Part shown: positions 9,898 to 20,861 of the stretch, piece after piece
How the letters are laid out: the number at the start of each line of letters is the position of its first letter
Numbering within the stretch: position 1 is the first letter of the stretch
Source of the DNA: Candidatus Poseidoniaceae archaeon
GTDB taxonomy: Archaea > Thermoplasmatota > Poseidoniia > Poseidoniales > Poseidoniaceae
NCBI GenBank assembly: GCA_965662895.1
Contig: CBFIJH010000002.1
Coordinates: forward strand, 32,001 to 96,000
Length of the DNA stretch: 64,000 nucleotides
Direction of reading: 5' to 3'
Notes under the pieces: generated by a model
Told to the model about the DNA's origin: nothing
Database searches by the model: none
Seen by the model: only the letters and a program-made list of their open reading frames with translations
Position numbers and translations under genes: made by a program

Positions 9898-12339
9898 ATG
9901 CGAATACGAGCCCGAATCGAAGAAGGCGCCCCCGGGTTGGTGCTCTTCGCCCTCGCTGCAACCGTTGTTATGATTACATCGGGAATTGTCTACGTACTGT
10001 TCGACAATGGTTCGAAATTCTATCGTGGCTTCGCTTGTGGCGCAGATGACTTCAAACCTCCACAAGATTGGGATGAAGATCTCAAAGCCAGCATCAAAGA
10101 CGCTGCGAACTATTCCGACGGTTCCATATCAGACCCGCTCTGGTTGAATTCGTTGTGCATTACAGAGTTCGATATGGATCACGAAGTCGTATTGGCTGAT
10201 CCATTGATTGATCGTTTCCAATGGGACGTTGATGCGAAATCCTATCCTGAAGGAGACGATCGTGAAGCTTCGGTGTTCACGCTGGAAGATGGGACAGAAA
10301 TACGTGGGCCGCGAGTCGATGAAGGGCGGCCATATCTAACCGATTATTTCACTCAAAATCCAGACAAATGGGATTCTGAATATCCTACGATCCCTCTCGG
10401 CGTTATTTCTGCCAATGAGAAAGCCCTCATTCTCCACACTCAGAACCCTGACCTGGCCCGTGAGTGGTGGGTCACAATATGGATTGGAGATGATGATGTA
10501 CGCATTGACATGGAAAACTTCTCCCTCGGACTGACCGAGTATTCCATGGGAGCCGTGTACAAAGAAGGTGATTTTGCCCGAGTTGAAGTTGATACCTATT
10601 GTGGGTTTGAAGAAGAGAACCAGGAATCGCTGAACACGATGCTTACAGATGCTGGAATTGAGGTTGTCGACGATTGTTTCACACTTGAGAACCACCTCTA
10701 CCCAAACATCCACGCTCAAGCATCTTCGGATGGGCTGGATGTTGAAACTGAATACCTCGCTTACAAAGCAAATGGATTCCATAAACCAGAGATTGGTGAT
10801 GAGCTGGGCAATGGTTCAACCGCATGGAACCTTGTTGGAGATGCAGACCTCCCGTACGATTACGATCAAGACGGCGTATGGAACACCAAATCCGACGGAC
10901 AAGGTGGCCTTGCAGACAACGATATCGATGGGGATGGAATTGCCAACAAAGTCGACCATGATATGGACAACGATGGCATTCCGAACGCGTATGATAGCGA
11001 CCCGGTGCTTCCTAACGTTGACTGGGTTGGTATTCTTTTGGCATTGCTTACGCTCGGTGTTGTTGCTGGCGCTTATCTGAGTCCGCAGTGGCTGCCCAAA
11101 CTCAGCATAGAAACCATCGATGCAACCATCCCCACCCTCAAGAGCGTAGCCTATCTTGTTGTCTTGATTGGTTTCATGTCGCTTATCAGTCCACCAAGCG
11201 GTATACTCCTGATGACACTGCTTGCTTTGATGGTTATTCTCACGGTTTTGATTCGCCGTATCGATGGAGGGTATCCCATGCCTCTCATCGCAATCGGCCT
11301 TACTTCGCTCTTCTTCGCACTCTTCTCCATCCACAAAATTCAAACAGGCCATACCATCTTCCTTGGCGGAGCGATGATCTTCATGTCCAACGTCATCAGC
11401 GATACCAGAAACCAAGCGGGCGTCGAACGAACGGCAATTATGGAGGGCGATTCTCGTTCATTGATGACACTCATCATTCTCGTTACGTTCATGCTTTGCT
11501 ACTTTGATTTCGTCGCCCGAGTAAACGGGTCCCTCGGAGAGTTCCTCACCCAGACATGGTGGAAGACGGACGTTCGTACCGTGAGCGTCGTTACTGTTGG
11601 TGAAGACCTGCACATGGGTGTCAATTCGTTGTTGCAAACGACACTGCAGGTTGCGCTCGGGGCTCTCGTTATCGCTATCCCAATCGGATTGGGAACTGCG
11701 ATTTACCTCTCCGAATACGCAAGCCAACGAACTGCAAACTTTGTCAAACCGATTCTCGAACTGCTTGCTGGTATTCCATCGGTCGTTTACGGATTCTTTG
11801 CTTTCGTGGTTATCGCTCCAATTGTGGTTGATGTCGGAACGTATTTCTTGGAACGTGGCTGGATTGCTGAAGAACCCCAACTGTTCAATCCACTGAGCGG
11901 TGCAATCGTTGTTGGAATTATGATCACACCACTGATCGCTTCCCTTTCTGAGGACGCACTGCGAGCCGTTCCAGACAACCTTCGCCAAGCATCCTACGCA
12001 CTTGGTGCTACGCCTGTTGAGACAACTGCTCGAGTTACCGTTCCATCGGCGCTTTCAGGAATTCTTGCATCGATTATCCTCGCTCTCTCACGAGCGATTG
12101 GGGAAACAATGGCAGTCACATTGTCTGTAGGAACACTCGCCACTTATTCGAACAACATGTTCCGAAGTGCGCAAACAATGACGGCATACATTGCCCAACG
12201 AATCGGTGGCGAACTCCCGATTGGAACAACTCCGTATTACTCACTCTTCGCTGTCGGATTCTATCTCTTCTTTATCACACTAGGGCTGAATCTCATCGGC
12301 CATAGAATCATGACGCGATTCCGGGAGGCGTACGATTGA
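9898..12339 (+). CDS. pstC: phosphate ABC transporter permease PstC with large extracellular insertion and extra TM helices
   Basis: C-terminal GTAIYLSEY, ELLAGIPSVVYG, QASYALGAT, SRAIGETMAV; 813 aa. Confidence 0.9.
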   Translation: MRIRARIEEGAPGLVLFALAATVVMITSGIVYVLFDNGSKFYRGFACGADDFKPPQDWDEDLKASIKDAANYSDGSISDPLWLNSLCITEFDMDHEVVLADPLIDRFQWDVDAKSYPEGDDREASVFTLEDGTEIRGPRVDEGRPYLTDYFTQNPDKWDSEYPTIPLGVISANEKALILHTQNPDLAREWWVTIWIGDDDVRIDMENFSLGLTEYSMGAVYKEGDFARVEVDTYCGFEEENQESLNTMLTDAGIEVVDDCFTLENHLYPNIHAQASSDGLDVETEYLAYKANGFHKPEIGDELGNGSTAWNLVGDADLPYDYDQDGVWNTKSDGQGGLADNDIDGDGIANKVDHDMDNDGIPNAYDSDPVLPNVDWVGILLALLTLGVVAGAYLSPQWLPKLSIETIDATIPTLKSVAYLVVLIGFMSLISPPSGILLMTLLALMVILTVLIRRIDGGYPMPLIAIGLTSLFFALFSIHKIQTGHTIFLGGAMIFMSNVISDTRNQAGVERTAIMEGDSRSLMTLIILVTFMLCYFDFVARVNGSLGEFLTQTWWKTDVRTVSVVTVGEDLHMGVNSLLQTTLQVALGALVIAIPIGLGTAIYLSEYASQRTANFVKPILELLAGIPSVVYGFFAFVVIAPIVVDVGTYFLERGWIAEEPQLFNPLSGAIVVGIMITPLIASLSEDALRAVPDNLRQASYALGATPVETTARVTVPSALSGILASIILALSRAIGETMAVTLSVGTLATYSNNMFRSAQTMTAYIAQRIGGELPIGTTPYYSLFAVGFYLFFITLGLNLIGHRIMTRFREAYD

Positions 12340-15300
12340 CGAAACAAAAAATCGACCTTTCCGACAAAGGGTTGTTTGGAACCTCCTTGTTGCCAAAGCG
12401 CTCATTGAAGCGCCGGTATCTTGCTGCAAAGACTGGCAAGACCGTGTTTGTTGCCATTGCCATAACATGTGGAATCATTCTCGTCACGCTCCTGACGCAA
12501 ATTTCCAGTGAAGCCTTCGTACCAACAGAAGAATTTGAAGTCGAGCGAAGTGAAACGTACTCAGAGAAGGGGACCAATTCCGGCGTGTTTTATCACAAGC
12601 CCGCTGAAACGCAACTTTCCTGGGAAGCTGAGACATGGAATCCAAATTGGGCTGAAGACGACTTACGCCAAGAACGCGAAAACATCACAATACAAGCTTC
12701 ATGGACGGAGCGTCATTTCCAAGCCTACAACGATGCAGGAGATACCTTCGTTCAAAACGGACAAGACACGTGGGATCTTGAAGAGGACCTCGAGCGCGCC
12801 CTGTGCGATGAAGGGGTTGCTAAAACCACCTACAGGCCGGTCGAACCATGGTCGCTCTCCCACCTTTTGCTCATCGGATCTGCCGACGAATACGAATACA
12901 AACTTGGTGAAGATTGGCGAATTACAATCTATTGGAGAGAGACTGCGCCGACGCCAAATCTCGGAAATTACTGGATTCATATTGATGACAACGACACGTC
13001 CGATGTCAGTGATGATGAGATCATCGAGCGATACGTCTGGCGGGGGCTTCGATGGGAAGTTGTTGGTGAAGACGCCTACCTCGACGAGGCAATGGCCCTT
13101 GCCGGCGATGATCAGTCCACATGGGGCGATGGGAAAATCCGACTCATTTACCGTCAAATCCCATGGACAGGATGGCAAAATGGAGATTTGTTGTTCTACA
13201 ATACGGGACAGGGTACACCTGTCGTTGCTGTTAGCCAGAAAAACATGCCAGACATCCCACTTGACGCAATCAACCCCATCCTCCTCAACCCCGCAGAGAA
13301 CATCAAATCCTTCGTACCTGAATTTTGTACAATGGAAGAGACATCAAAATACATTCTCGATGAAGGGCTCACTGGAAGTTACGTGATCGGTGAAGTCACC
13401 AACGACGATGGATACGTCATCGAAGAGTTGGACGATTCGGGACTATCGGTCATTGCTGAACTTACGATTGCGATTTCTGAAACTGGAGAAGGTCATGATG
13501 AATGGGTCATGATTGACAATCGTGGATTCATCAACTACGACCACGATAACGATGGATACGGAAACATGTTCTGGGATTTAGACAGTGACGGCGATGGTGT
13601 CTGTGATTATTACCCCGAAGAAATACCAGGCGGTCCGTTCAAGTGCAGCAAAGCAGATGGTCCACTTACCGAAGATACAAATCAAGACGGTCGAATTGAC
13701 ATCAACGACTACGGCGAAAATCCTGTCGATTACGGCGTCGAAGTCATCGAAGATACGGACTCCATCTATCACACTCGGACAACGGACGCACTGATTTTGA
13801 GTCCATCTCGAAGTTCTGATAATTGGCTGTATATTCTTCATGACCTGAACTATACAGTAACGATTCAACAAAATTCAGGGCCGCCAATGGATGCAAAAGA
13901 ATCCTCCTACCAAGAAATAGGTGGATTCGCCCTTGGAAGCCCAGTCGATTGGTTCCAGCCAAAATTCATCGGCGATGATGACTTTGACAACGATGGTACC
14001 ATTGATGTCTGTGATGATGATATCGACCAAGATGGAGACAGCAACCCAGTCTATGGTGACGCAGAGAAGTGCCCTGATGCGTACGAATGGATTGAACAGA
14101 AAAATTCCACCCTCGATGCTCTACGTGGGCAGTTGGAATCCATCGATACAAACACTGATGAGTATACAAGAATCTCGGATTTGATCAGTGAAATCGAAGA
14201 TTCAGATTTCGCACTCTTTGTCCATCTTCACGACGAAAACGGAGACGGCGTCCACGATGATGCAAAAGATCGTGATATCGATGGTGATGGTGTTCCCAAC
14301 CTCATCGATGGCCAGGGGACATGGGCAGGACGCTCAATGACTTCTCCATTTTCCGCAGAAGAACAAGAGGCAATCAACCTCTATGTCGAGGAACTCAAAG
14401 AAACCAAGTGCAGTGACACCTACAAGAAAAGCAGCCTGGAGTATGCATCAAAGGATTGCAGTAATGCAAAGGAATTGAACAATTCAAAACCAACAACGCC
14501 TCAGCAATTCTGTGATGGGATTCGTACCCTCAACCAACAGGATTGGTTGATCAGTTGCGCAGCACCCATCAATCATGAATCTGGAGAAGAAATCCTGGAA
14601 CATCGAAACCCTTGGTTACCACTCACTGCTATGATCGGGCTTGTTGGAATGATTGCCATTATGAGGACACCAGAATGGGCCATTCAGAAACTGCGCAACG
14701 GAATGATTTGGATTGGAACCAAAGAAGTTGAATCTGAGAAGTTCACCATGTATTCCTGGTTTTCATACACAAGCGAATTCACAAATCGTTTGATCAGTGT
14801 TCTCCTACGCCTGATTTTCACAGTCATAGGCGGATTGATTTTCTTCTCAACGTTCTCGGATTCTCAACCTGTTCTTCTCGTTCCATTCACCTTCATTATC
14901 GGAGGCGCAGTCACTCTGATGGCGTCAATTGCCCTCGTTTCTGCGGTAATGGACATCGTCCGTTTGAGACCTGAGAAAGTCATTCCAAAAGCAGAGGGTG
15001 TCGTCGATGTTATACTACTGGGCGCTACATTACTTACATGGTACATCGCCATCACATGGGCTCTCGTTGAAGGGTGGATTGTTGGCGGAATCCTCCTTCT
15101 GTTCATTCTTTCAGGTGTTAAGAAACTCGTTCTTGGTGCCTTGCAATTGACGCGTTCAAACACGTTCAAGGACGACCGTCTTCGGCTCGTCGTAAAAGGA
15201 AGAGATGGTTGGCTGATGGCGGCATTTGTCATCCTTGTTATCGCCTTCATTTCCATACCAATAAGCATCCATATCCCATTCATTTGGTCAGATTTTACTT

Positions 15301-16163
15301 CTTCTGAGCCATACAAAGCAGGTTTGCGTGCTGCATTCTGGGGAAGCGTCTATGTGGTGACCTACACGATGCTGTTTGCCATTCCATTATCGCTTGGAGC
15401 TGCAATCTGGCTCGAAGAATACGCACCAAACAACCGATTCCGAAGGGCAATTCAGGCACTTATCACCAATCTTGCAGGTGTACCTGCAATCGTTTTCGGT
15501 CTGTTTGGCCTTGCCCTTTTCCTCACCGATCGGGGAATCGGACTGGGGCTCGGAGGCACAGTCCTGACTGCAGGAATGACCATGGCAACAATGGCCATGC
15601 CAACCATCGTCATCTCATCACAAGAAGCCCTGCGTGCCGTTCCGCCATCGCTTCGTAACGCTGCATTCGGCTTAGGATGTACGAAGTGGCAAGTGACCAA
15701 AGATCACGTTCTACCGCACGCCATGCCTGGAATGATGACGGGAACCATTCTCGCCATGTCAAGAATCATGGGTGAAGCAGCTCCATTGATTCTTGTCGGG
15801 GCTGTTGCGTCTGTCTTTACCGAACCAGATGCGTTCTTCTACATCTCCTACGACTTTGCTCCGAACTTTGATTATCTCTTTGCATGGATTCCTGGCGTTG
15901 AACCATACTTGCAAAACCTTCCGTTCTGGGCAGATCGTGAATTGTTCTCCGCAGATCCAAGTGCATACACTGGTGCCGATACAAACGACCGTGGAGCGTA
16001 CACTGTTCTCCCAGTACAGGTTTATCGATGGACAGACATGCCTGCTACAGGATTCAAGGTTGCAGCAGCAGGAGCGTCCATCGTCCTCCTCGGTACGCTG
16101 CTTGTCGTCAATTCTGCTGCCATTCTTCTCCGTGCTCACTTCAGGAGGTATTCGAACACATGA
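12336..16163 (+). CDS. pstA: phosphate ABC transporter permease PstA with ~700-aa extracellular insertion
   Basis: [52 protein letters not shown]; TTG start overlaps the pstC stop. Confidence 0.9.
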   Translation: MTKQKIDLSDKGLFGTSLLPKRSLKRRYLAAKTGKTVFVAIAITCGIILVTLLTQISSEAFVPTEEFEVERSETYSEKGTNSGVFYHKPAETQLSWEAETWNPNWAEDDLRQERENITIQASWTERHFQAYNDAGDTFVQNGQDTWDLEEDLERALCDEGVAKTTYRPVEPWSLSHLLLIGSADEYEYKLGEDWRITIYWRETAPTPNLGNYWIHIDDNDTSDVSDDEIIERYVWRGLRWEVVGEDAYLDEAMALAGDDQSTWGDGKIRLIYRQIPWTGWQNGDLLFYNTGQGTPVVAVSQKNMPDIPLDAINPILLNPAENIKSFVPEFCTMEETSKYILDEGLTGSYVIGEVTNDDGYVIEELDDSGLSVIAELTIAISETGEGHDEWVMIDNRGFINYDHDNDGYGNMFWDLDSDGDGVCDYYPEEIPGGPFKCSKADGPLTEDTNQDGRIDINDYGENPVDYGVEVIEDTDSIYHTRTTDALILSPSRSSDNWLYILHDLNYTVTIQQNSGPPMDAKESSYQEIGGFALGSPVDWFQPKFIGDDDFDNDGTIDVCDDDIDQDGDSNPVYGDAEKCPDAYEWIEQKNSTLDALRGQLESIDTNTDEYTRISDLISEIEDSDFALFVHLHDENGDGVHDDAKDRDIDGDGVPNLIDGQGTWAGRSMTSPFSAEEQEAINLYVEELKETKCSDTYKKSSLEYASKDCSNAKELNNSKPTTPQQFCDGIRTLNQQDWLISCAAPINHESGEEILEHRNPWLPLTAMIGLVGMIAIMRTPEWAIQKLRNGMIWIGTKEVESEKFTMYSWFSYTSEFTNRLISVLLRLIFTVIGGLIFFSTFSDSQPVLLVPFTFIIGGAVTLMASIALVSAVMDIVRLRPEKVIPKAEGVVDVILLGATLLTWYIAITWALVEGWIVGGILLLFILSGVKKLVLGALQLTRSNTFKDDRLRLVVKGRDGWLMAAFVILVIAFISIPISIHIPFIWSDFTSSEPYKAGLRAAFWGSVYVVTYTMLFAIPLSLGAAIWLEEYAPNNRFRRAIQALITNLAGVPAIVFGLFGLALFLTDRGIGLGLGGTVLTAGMTMATMAMPTIVISSQEALRAVPPSLRNAAFGLGCTKWQVTKDHVLPHAMPGMMTGTILAMSRIMGEAAPLILVGAVASVFTEPDAFFYISYDFAPNFDYLFAWIPGVEPYLQNLPFWADRELFSADPSAYTGADTNDRGAYTVLPVQVYRWTDMPATGFKVAAAGASIVLLGTLLVVNSAAILLRAHFRRYSNT

Positions 16164-17332
16164 CGAACAAATCAGATAAAAAAATGCTAACAGTCGGTGA
16201 CTTGTTCACCATGATGAACAAACTTGTTGAAGTGGATGGTGTCGTCGGCGAAGACGGGTTGGTGCACATCGAGACCATCAAGAAAGATCTCGGAAGTGAA
16301 GACGATGAAATCTCCTCAGGCGAAGCGATGAGCATTCTCACTTCTCTCGCTGCTTCAGACTCGGATGAAAGCGATGAAGAGATGCTTGCTATACGCGAGA
16401 TGATCGATTCATATTTTCAAGAATCAAATGCTGAAGAAGAGGAATCCGATGAACCCAACAAAGTCGCCGAAGAGAGTGACGAACAAGAAGAAGATAATAC
16501 GGAAGAGGAGGAAGCAGAAGACGCCGCATCGCCCGAAGAGGACATTCCAGACTCAACACGTAACCTTGACATTGGCGGCGATGCCCACATGTGGATTCAT
16601 GATTTGGATTTGCATTATGGAAATGCACAGGCCATCTACAACGTATCAATTCCGTTTGAACGAAATGCTGTTACAGCATTGATTGGGCCATCAGGTTGCG
16701 GGAAATCGACGCTGCTTCGTTGTCTCAATCGAATGAATGACCTCATTTCAATTTGCAAGATCGACGGGAAAATTGAACTCGAAGATGACAACATCATGAC
16801 CCGTGGTGCCGATTTGGTGACAATTCGTCGACGCGTTGGAATGGTTTTCCAAAAGCCAAACCCATTCCCGAAGTCCATCTACGACAATGTTGCATACGGC
16901 GTTCGATTGCACTACAATCCAAGCCGTCGAGAATTGGACCGCATTGTCGAAAGTGCTCTGCGAAGAGCAGCTTTGTGGGATGAAGTCAGCGATCGACTTC
17001 ACGAACTCGGGACAAGTCTCTCGGGTGGCCAACAGCAACGACTTTGCATCGCCCGAACAATTGCAGTTGAACCTGAAGTCATTCTTATGGACGAACCATG
17101 CTCAGCACTCGATCCAATTGCAACGGCAAAAATCGAAGAATTGATTCTCGAATTGAAGAAACACTTCACAGTTGTAATTGTCACACACTCGATGTCTCAA
17201 GCGCAACGTGTTAGTGACTACACGGCGTTCATGTACCTCGGTCGACTGGTTGAATTCGATAAAACCCCAGTCATTTTTGGTGATCCGAACATGGAATTGA
17301 CACGTCGATACATTTCTGGTCGTTTCGGTTGA
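16160..17332 (+). CDS. pstB: phosphate ABC transporter ATPase PstB with acidic N-terminal extension
   Basis: [36 protein letters not shown]; ATG 16160 overlaps the pstA stop and follows GGAGG. Confidence 0.93.
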   Translation: MTNKSDKKMLTVGDLFTMMNKLVEVDGVVGEDGLVHIETIKKDLGSEDDEISSGEAMSILTSLAASDSDESDEEMLAIREMIDSYFQESNAEEEESDEPNKVAEESDEQEEDNTEEEEAEDAASPEEDIPDSTRNLDIGGDAHMWIHDLDLHYGNAQAIYNVSIPFERNAVTALIGPSGCGKSTLLRCLNRMNDLISICKIDGKIELEDDNIMTRGADLVTIRRRVGMVFQKPNPFPKSIYDNVAYGVRLHYNPSRRELDRIVESALRRAALWDEVSDRLHELGTSLSGGQQQRLCIARTIAVEPEVILMDEPCSALDPIATAKIEELILELKKHFTVVIVTHSMSQAQRVSDYTAFMYLGRLVEFDKTPVIFGDPNMELTRRYISGRFG

Positions 17333-17431
17333 TGCAACAGAATCATCAACAGCCAATGCTTGATGGTTCAATGAAAGTGTTGTTCCATTAAAGGGCAAAG
17401 AAGATGTATCTCGTGCTCAAGAGTGGCCACT

Positions 17432-18184
17432 ATGAAGATGAAGGCGATTCTCGTTGCGGGGGGCAAAGGCTCTCGCCTTTATCCCTTTACAAGGTACACC
17501 CAAAAGACGCTGTTACCACTCTACAATCGACCAGTCATCGATTACGCTCTTGGGACAATTCGGCGTGGTGGGATTACTCGAATCACCATCATTTCCAACG
17601 AACACATCGGCCACATTGCAAAACACGTCGGCCAAAGTATGGAAGGTGAGCAAATCCATTACGTCCTCGAAGAAGAACCACAAGGCGTAGCCCAAGCTTT
17701 GCAACTTGCTCGACCTCACAATGAAAACAGCCGATTGATGATCTACTTTTCAGACAACATTACCACCGTTGAATTTGATGAAATTATTCAAGAGTTTAAG
17801 CAAGCAGAACATCCTCCTGGCTGCCTCCTGCTTGCACGAGAAGAAGAGCATCCCCAAGCCTTCGGTGTTGCTGTCCTCGATGAGAATGGAGATATTGTCG
17901 ATGTGGTGGAAAAACCGAAAAATCCACCATCAAATCTTGCAATTGGTGGCATTTACCTCTTTGATGAAACCTTTTGGGACAAACTTGATGATGCAGTCGA
18001 GAAGAAAGGTGATGACTTCTCAATATCTGATATCAATCGGGCATACATTGCTGAAGGAAAGGCAAACTTTGTTTCCGTAGGTGCTGAAACATGGGTCGAT
18101 TGTGGTACGCCTGAAACCCTGCTTCAAGCGAGTATTATGGCGAAAGACGGGAAACTTAACCCGCACCCGTATCGTGAAAGGTGA
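17432..18184 (+). CDS. sugar-phosphate nucleotidyltransferase (glucose-1-phosphate thymidylyltransferase-like)
   Basis: [24 protein letters not shown]. Confidence 0.85.
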   Translation: MKMKAILVAGGKGSRLYPFTRYTQKTLLPLYNRPVIDYALGTIRRGGITRITIISNEHIGHIAKHVGQSMEGEQIHYVLEEEPQGVAQALQLARPHNENSRLMIYFSDNITTVEFDEIIQEFKQAEHPPGCLLLAREEEHPQAFGVAVLDENGDIVDVVEKPKNPPSNLAIGGIYLFDETFWDKLDDAVEKKGDDFSISDINRAYIAEGKANFVSVGAETWVDCGTPETLLQASIMAKDGKLNPHPYRER

Positions 18185-18188
18185 TTGG

Positions 18189-19013
18189 ATGAAGATTGGA
18201 ATAATTGGGGCAGGAATGGTTGGTGGAGCAATTGAGCATTGCTTTGAACATGCGCACGAACTTTTCGTGCACGATCCTGTGCGTGGAACAGACCTATCCA
18301 TCGTAACAGACAACGTCGATTTTGCTTACATCGCCGTGCCGACCCCTCCGCATCCAGAGACAGGGGCATGCGATACACGCATTGTTGAAGCGACGCTTGA
18401 TGCCTTACCAGATGGATTTACAGCTGTCATCAAAAGTACTGTAGTACCAGGCACGACACAACGCTATCACGAGGAATATCCAAATCTAAAAATTGCATAT
18501 TCCCCTGAATTTTTGGTTGAACGTCAACGATTGGAGGATTTTGCAAATCAAGACATCCTTGTTTGTGGTACGCATCATGCGGATGTTGCAGAGCGCGTCT
18601 TTGAACAACATCGACAAGCAGGTGTGCTTCGCAGAAACCAGACATTTCAAGTTACTCCGACACAGGCTGAATTGGTCAAATACACCAAGAACACATTTTA
18701 TGCAATGAAGGTCACATTCGCAAACCAACTCTACGATATATGCGAAGGATTGGGCGAAGATTGGTACAAGATTCGTGAAATTATTACGGCTGAACAGGCA
18801 CAACCAATTGGGCCCTCTCACCTCGATCCTATCTTTGGATTGAATCGGGGTTTTGGAGGAAAATGCTTGCCGAAAGATTCCTTAGCATTGGGCGTTCTTG
18901 CCGAACAACTTGGTGTAAAGTATGAATGGATGGATGCCATGCAAAACGACAACAATCGTTTGCGTTCCATTTTAACTGGGAAACCAAGCGATGTGGTCAC
19001 CAATGACGACTGA
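18189..19013 (+). CDS. UDP-glucose/GDP-mannose dehydrogenase family protein (short form)
   Basis: [41 protein letters not shown]. Confidence 0.85.
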   Translation: MKIGIIGAGMVGGAIEHCFEHAHELFVHDPVRGTDLSIVTDNVDFAYIAVPTPPHPETGACDTRIVEATLDALPDGFTAVIKSTVVPGTTQRYHEEYPNLKIAYSPEFLVERQRLEDFANQDILVCGTHHADVAERVFEQHRQAGVLRRNQTFQVTPTQAELVKYTKNTFYAMKVTFANQLYDICEGLGEDWYKIREIITAEQAQPIGPSHLDPIFGLNRGFGGKCLPKDSLALGVLAEQLGVKYEWMDAMQNDNNRLRSILTGKPSDVVTNDD

Positions 19014-19458
19014 TTTCCAAGCACTTCATGGACGGTTTGCCCCCCGCGGATCGTTGGGTCGATTTGCGCTTGCTGGGTGCTTCAACAGCATCGTGTTCTA
19101 CATTACATGGACGTCATCAATGGCTCTTCTTCCGGAAGCCGATGTGCGAATTCTTTGGGGGACTTTCTGGGGCTTAACTGGCCTCATGGGCCATTTTGTT
19201 CATCGTTTGTATACATTCGACAATCACAAATCACTTGCATGGACCCTCCCTGCTGCAGTCCCTGTTTACGTTGGTAGTCTCGTTGGATCGAGTATGACCA
19301 TTGGCTGGTTGTCTGAGCGCTATCCAACGCAGATTGAGTGGCTTGGCATACCAAACATGGTGTGCTGGGGAATTCTCATTTGGTTGTCGATGAGGATTTT
19401 TGTCTTCCAATTCTCACCATCTACACCGCATGCGTCTCAAGAAGATCGAACGGTATAA
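19003..19458 (+). CDS. GtrA-like small membrane protein
   Basis: [12 protein letters not shown] and HRLYTF motifs; four TM helices. Confidence 0.65.
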   Translation: MTTDFQALHGRFAPRGSLGRFALAGCFNSIVFYITWTSSMALLPEADVRILWGTFWGLTGLMGHFVHRLYTFDNHKSLAWTLPAAVPVYVGSLVGSSMTIGWLSERYPTQIEWLGIPNMVCWGILIWLSMRIFVFQFSPSTPHASQEDRTV

Positions 19459-19783
19459 TGCTCAATGCTTCTTCATGAGTCGCTTCCAAATCAACAGGGC
19501 AAGCGGACCCTGCATGGACTGCGGCAAGCCACGTTCGTGCGCAAACACACCATGAATCACCAGGCTTCAATCCTGGAAATGAGAAATGAGGGGCTGGTGT
19601 CATCAGATCATTTCCCTGAGCTTTTGCATACTCAAGAAAGTCCTGAGTCACAACACAACACACTGTATGCGAACCTCGGTCATTGTCGTCAGTATTGCAG
19701 CACCCGTCTCTGTACCAGCCCGTAAGAGGGTCCGATGAACACGTCTTGAGTTTTGTACCGAGTACATTGACCGATGGATGCAT
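19421..19783 (-). CDS. DUF2237 family protein
   Basis: NVLG..L..CS.DP.TG.YRDGCC, GSHTVC, FPGLKPGD.WCVCA. Confidence 0.85.
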   Translation of the reverse strand: MHPSVNVLGTKLKTCSSDPLTGWYRDGCCNTDDNDRGSHTVCCVVTQDFLEYAKAQGNDLMTPAPHFSFPGLKPGDSWCVCARTWLAAVHAGSACPVDLEATHEEALSIIPFDLLETHAV

Positions 19784-19899
19784 GATGAACCGTTAAGGTA
19801 CTCACCTATCAATCATGGTGTGGACGCACAGAATTGCCTGAAAAATCACGGGTTTCTTCAAGAGAGGAGGCGAGAGGTTCTTGATGGAGAAGTACGACA

Positions 19900-20340
19900 G
19901 TGGTTCAGATGCTACCTGATACCCTCCAGAATTTGCCTCGTGATGAACGATATGCTTACGCGCGCCTTCTCGCTTACATGGCCCGAGTTGATGAAGAAAT
20001 CACCGTTGACGAACTGGCCATGTTTGAACAACAACTCGGAAAAGCACTCCTTTCACCAAATCAGCGTGAAGTATTGCGAAGGGCCTTGAAGAATCCACCG
20101 ACACTGGAAGAATGCTTGGACGGCCTCGGCCCAGAAGCTGGACGTCTCGCATTGCGTGATGCCGTTCTTATGGCCGCCTCAGATGGAACAGTCGATGATG
20201 ATGAACTTGAGGTTTTGAAAGAAATTGCAGAACATCTCGGACTTGTACCCGATGCTGTCCAGCAACTCATTGAATGGACGAAGACCGGGTATTCGTGGAT
20301 GCAAGATGGTTACGATTTGCTCAACTCACTCGAAGGCTGA
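19900..20340 (+). CDS. TerB-like protein, copy 1
   Basis: MARVDEEITVDE and MAASDGTVDDDE...IAEHLGL motifs. Confidence 0.75.
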   Translation: MVQMLPDTLQNLPRDERYAYARLLAYMARVDEEITVDELAMFEQQLGKALLSPNQREVLRRALKNPPTLEECLDGLGPEAGRLALRDAVLMAASDGTVDDDELEVLKEIAEHLGLVPDAVQQLIEWTKTGYSWMQDGYDLLNSLEG

Positions 20341-20346
20341 TTCGCT

Positions 20347-20796
20347 ATGTTTTGCGACGGTGTCGCTGATTTGGATGCTGCTGAGAGAGCGCGTTACGCT
20401 GACTTGCTTGTTCTCATTGCTGCTGCAGATGGAGAGCTTGTAAGAGAAGAAATCCAATTACTTGAAGCGTTCATGGGTAGGGCGATGGTTCATCCAGAAA
20501 CTCGTACATCGATTCGTCGCGGTTTGTTCGATACGGCTCGTTTGTCAAATCTACTGAAAAATGCTGAAACGGATACACTACGCTATGCATTGAGAGACGG
20601 TCTTCTCCTCGCAGCCGCAGATGGCGATTATGACCGACGAGAAATACGTATTTTGAAAAAAATCGCCTCAACCGCTGAGATTGCAGAAGAAGACCTCAAG
20701 GCCATGTTTGATTGGGTTGCGGAAGGTTGGGAATGGCACAGAAAAGGTACCACCCTCGCAAACTTGCTCGCGCGAGAGAATTTACCCTCAGAATGA
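20347..20796 (+). CDS. TerB-like protein, copy 2
   Basis: AAADGELVREE and AAADGDYDRRE motifs; paralogous to the upstream gene. Confidence 0.75.
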   Translation: MFCDGVADLDAAERARYADLLVLIAAADGELVREEIQLLEAFMGRAMVHPETRTSIRRGLFDTARLSNLLKNAETDTLRYALRDGLLLAAADGDYDRREIRILKKIASTAEIAEEDLKAMFDWVAEGWEWHRKGTTLANLLARENLPSE

Positions 20797-20861
20797 AACA
20801 TTTCATCATTTCAACAGGCACATTCAAACCATGATTGAATACCCACTGGTTGGGGCGGACT

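Noticed and set aside
12508-13386. 292-aa alternative-frame ORF inside pstA, and similar shadow ORFs in pstS and the surface protein gene
   Set aside because: No recognisable motifs; consistent with stop-codon avoidance caused by codon bias in the real frame.
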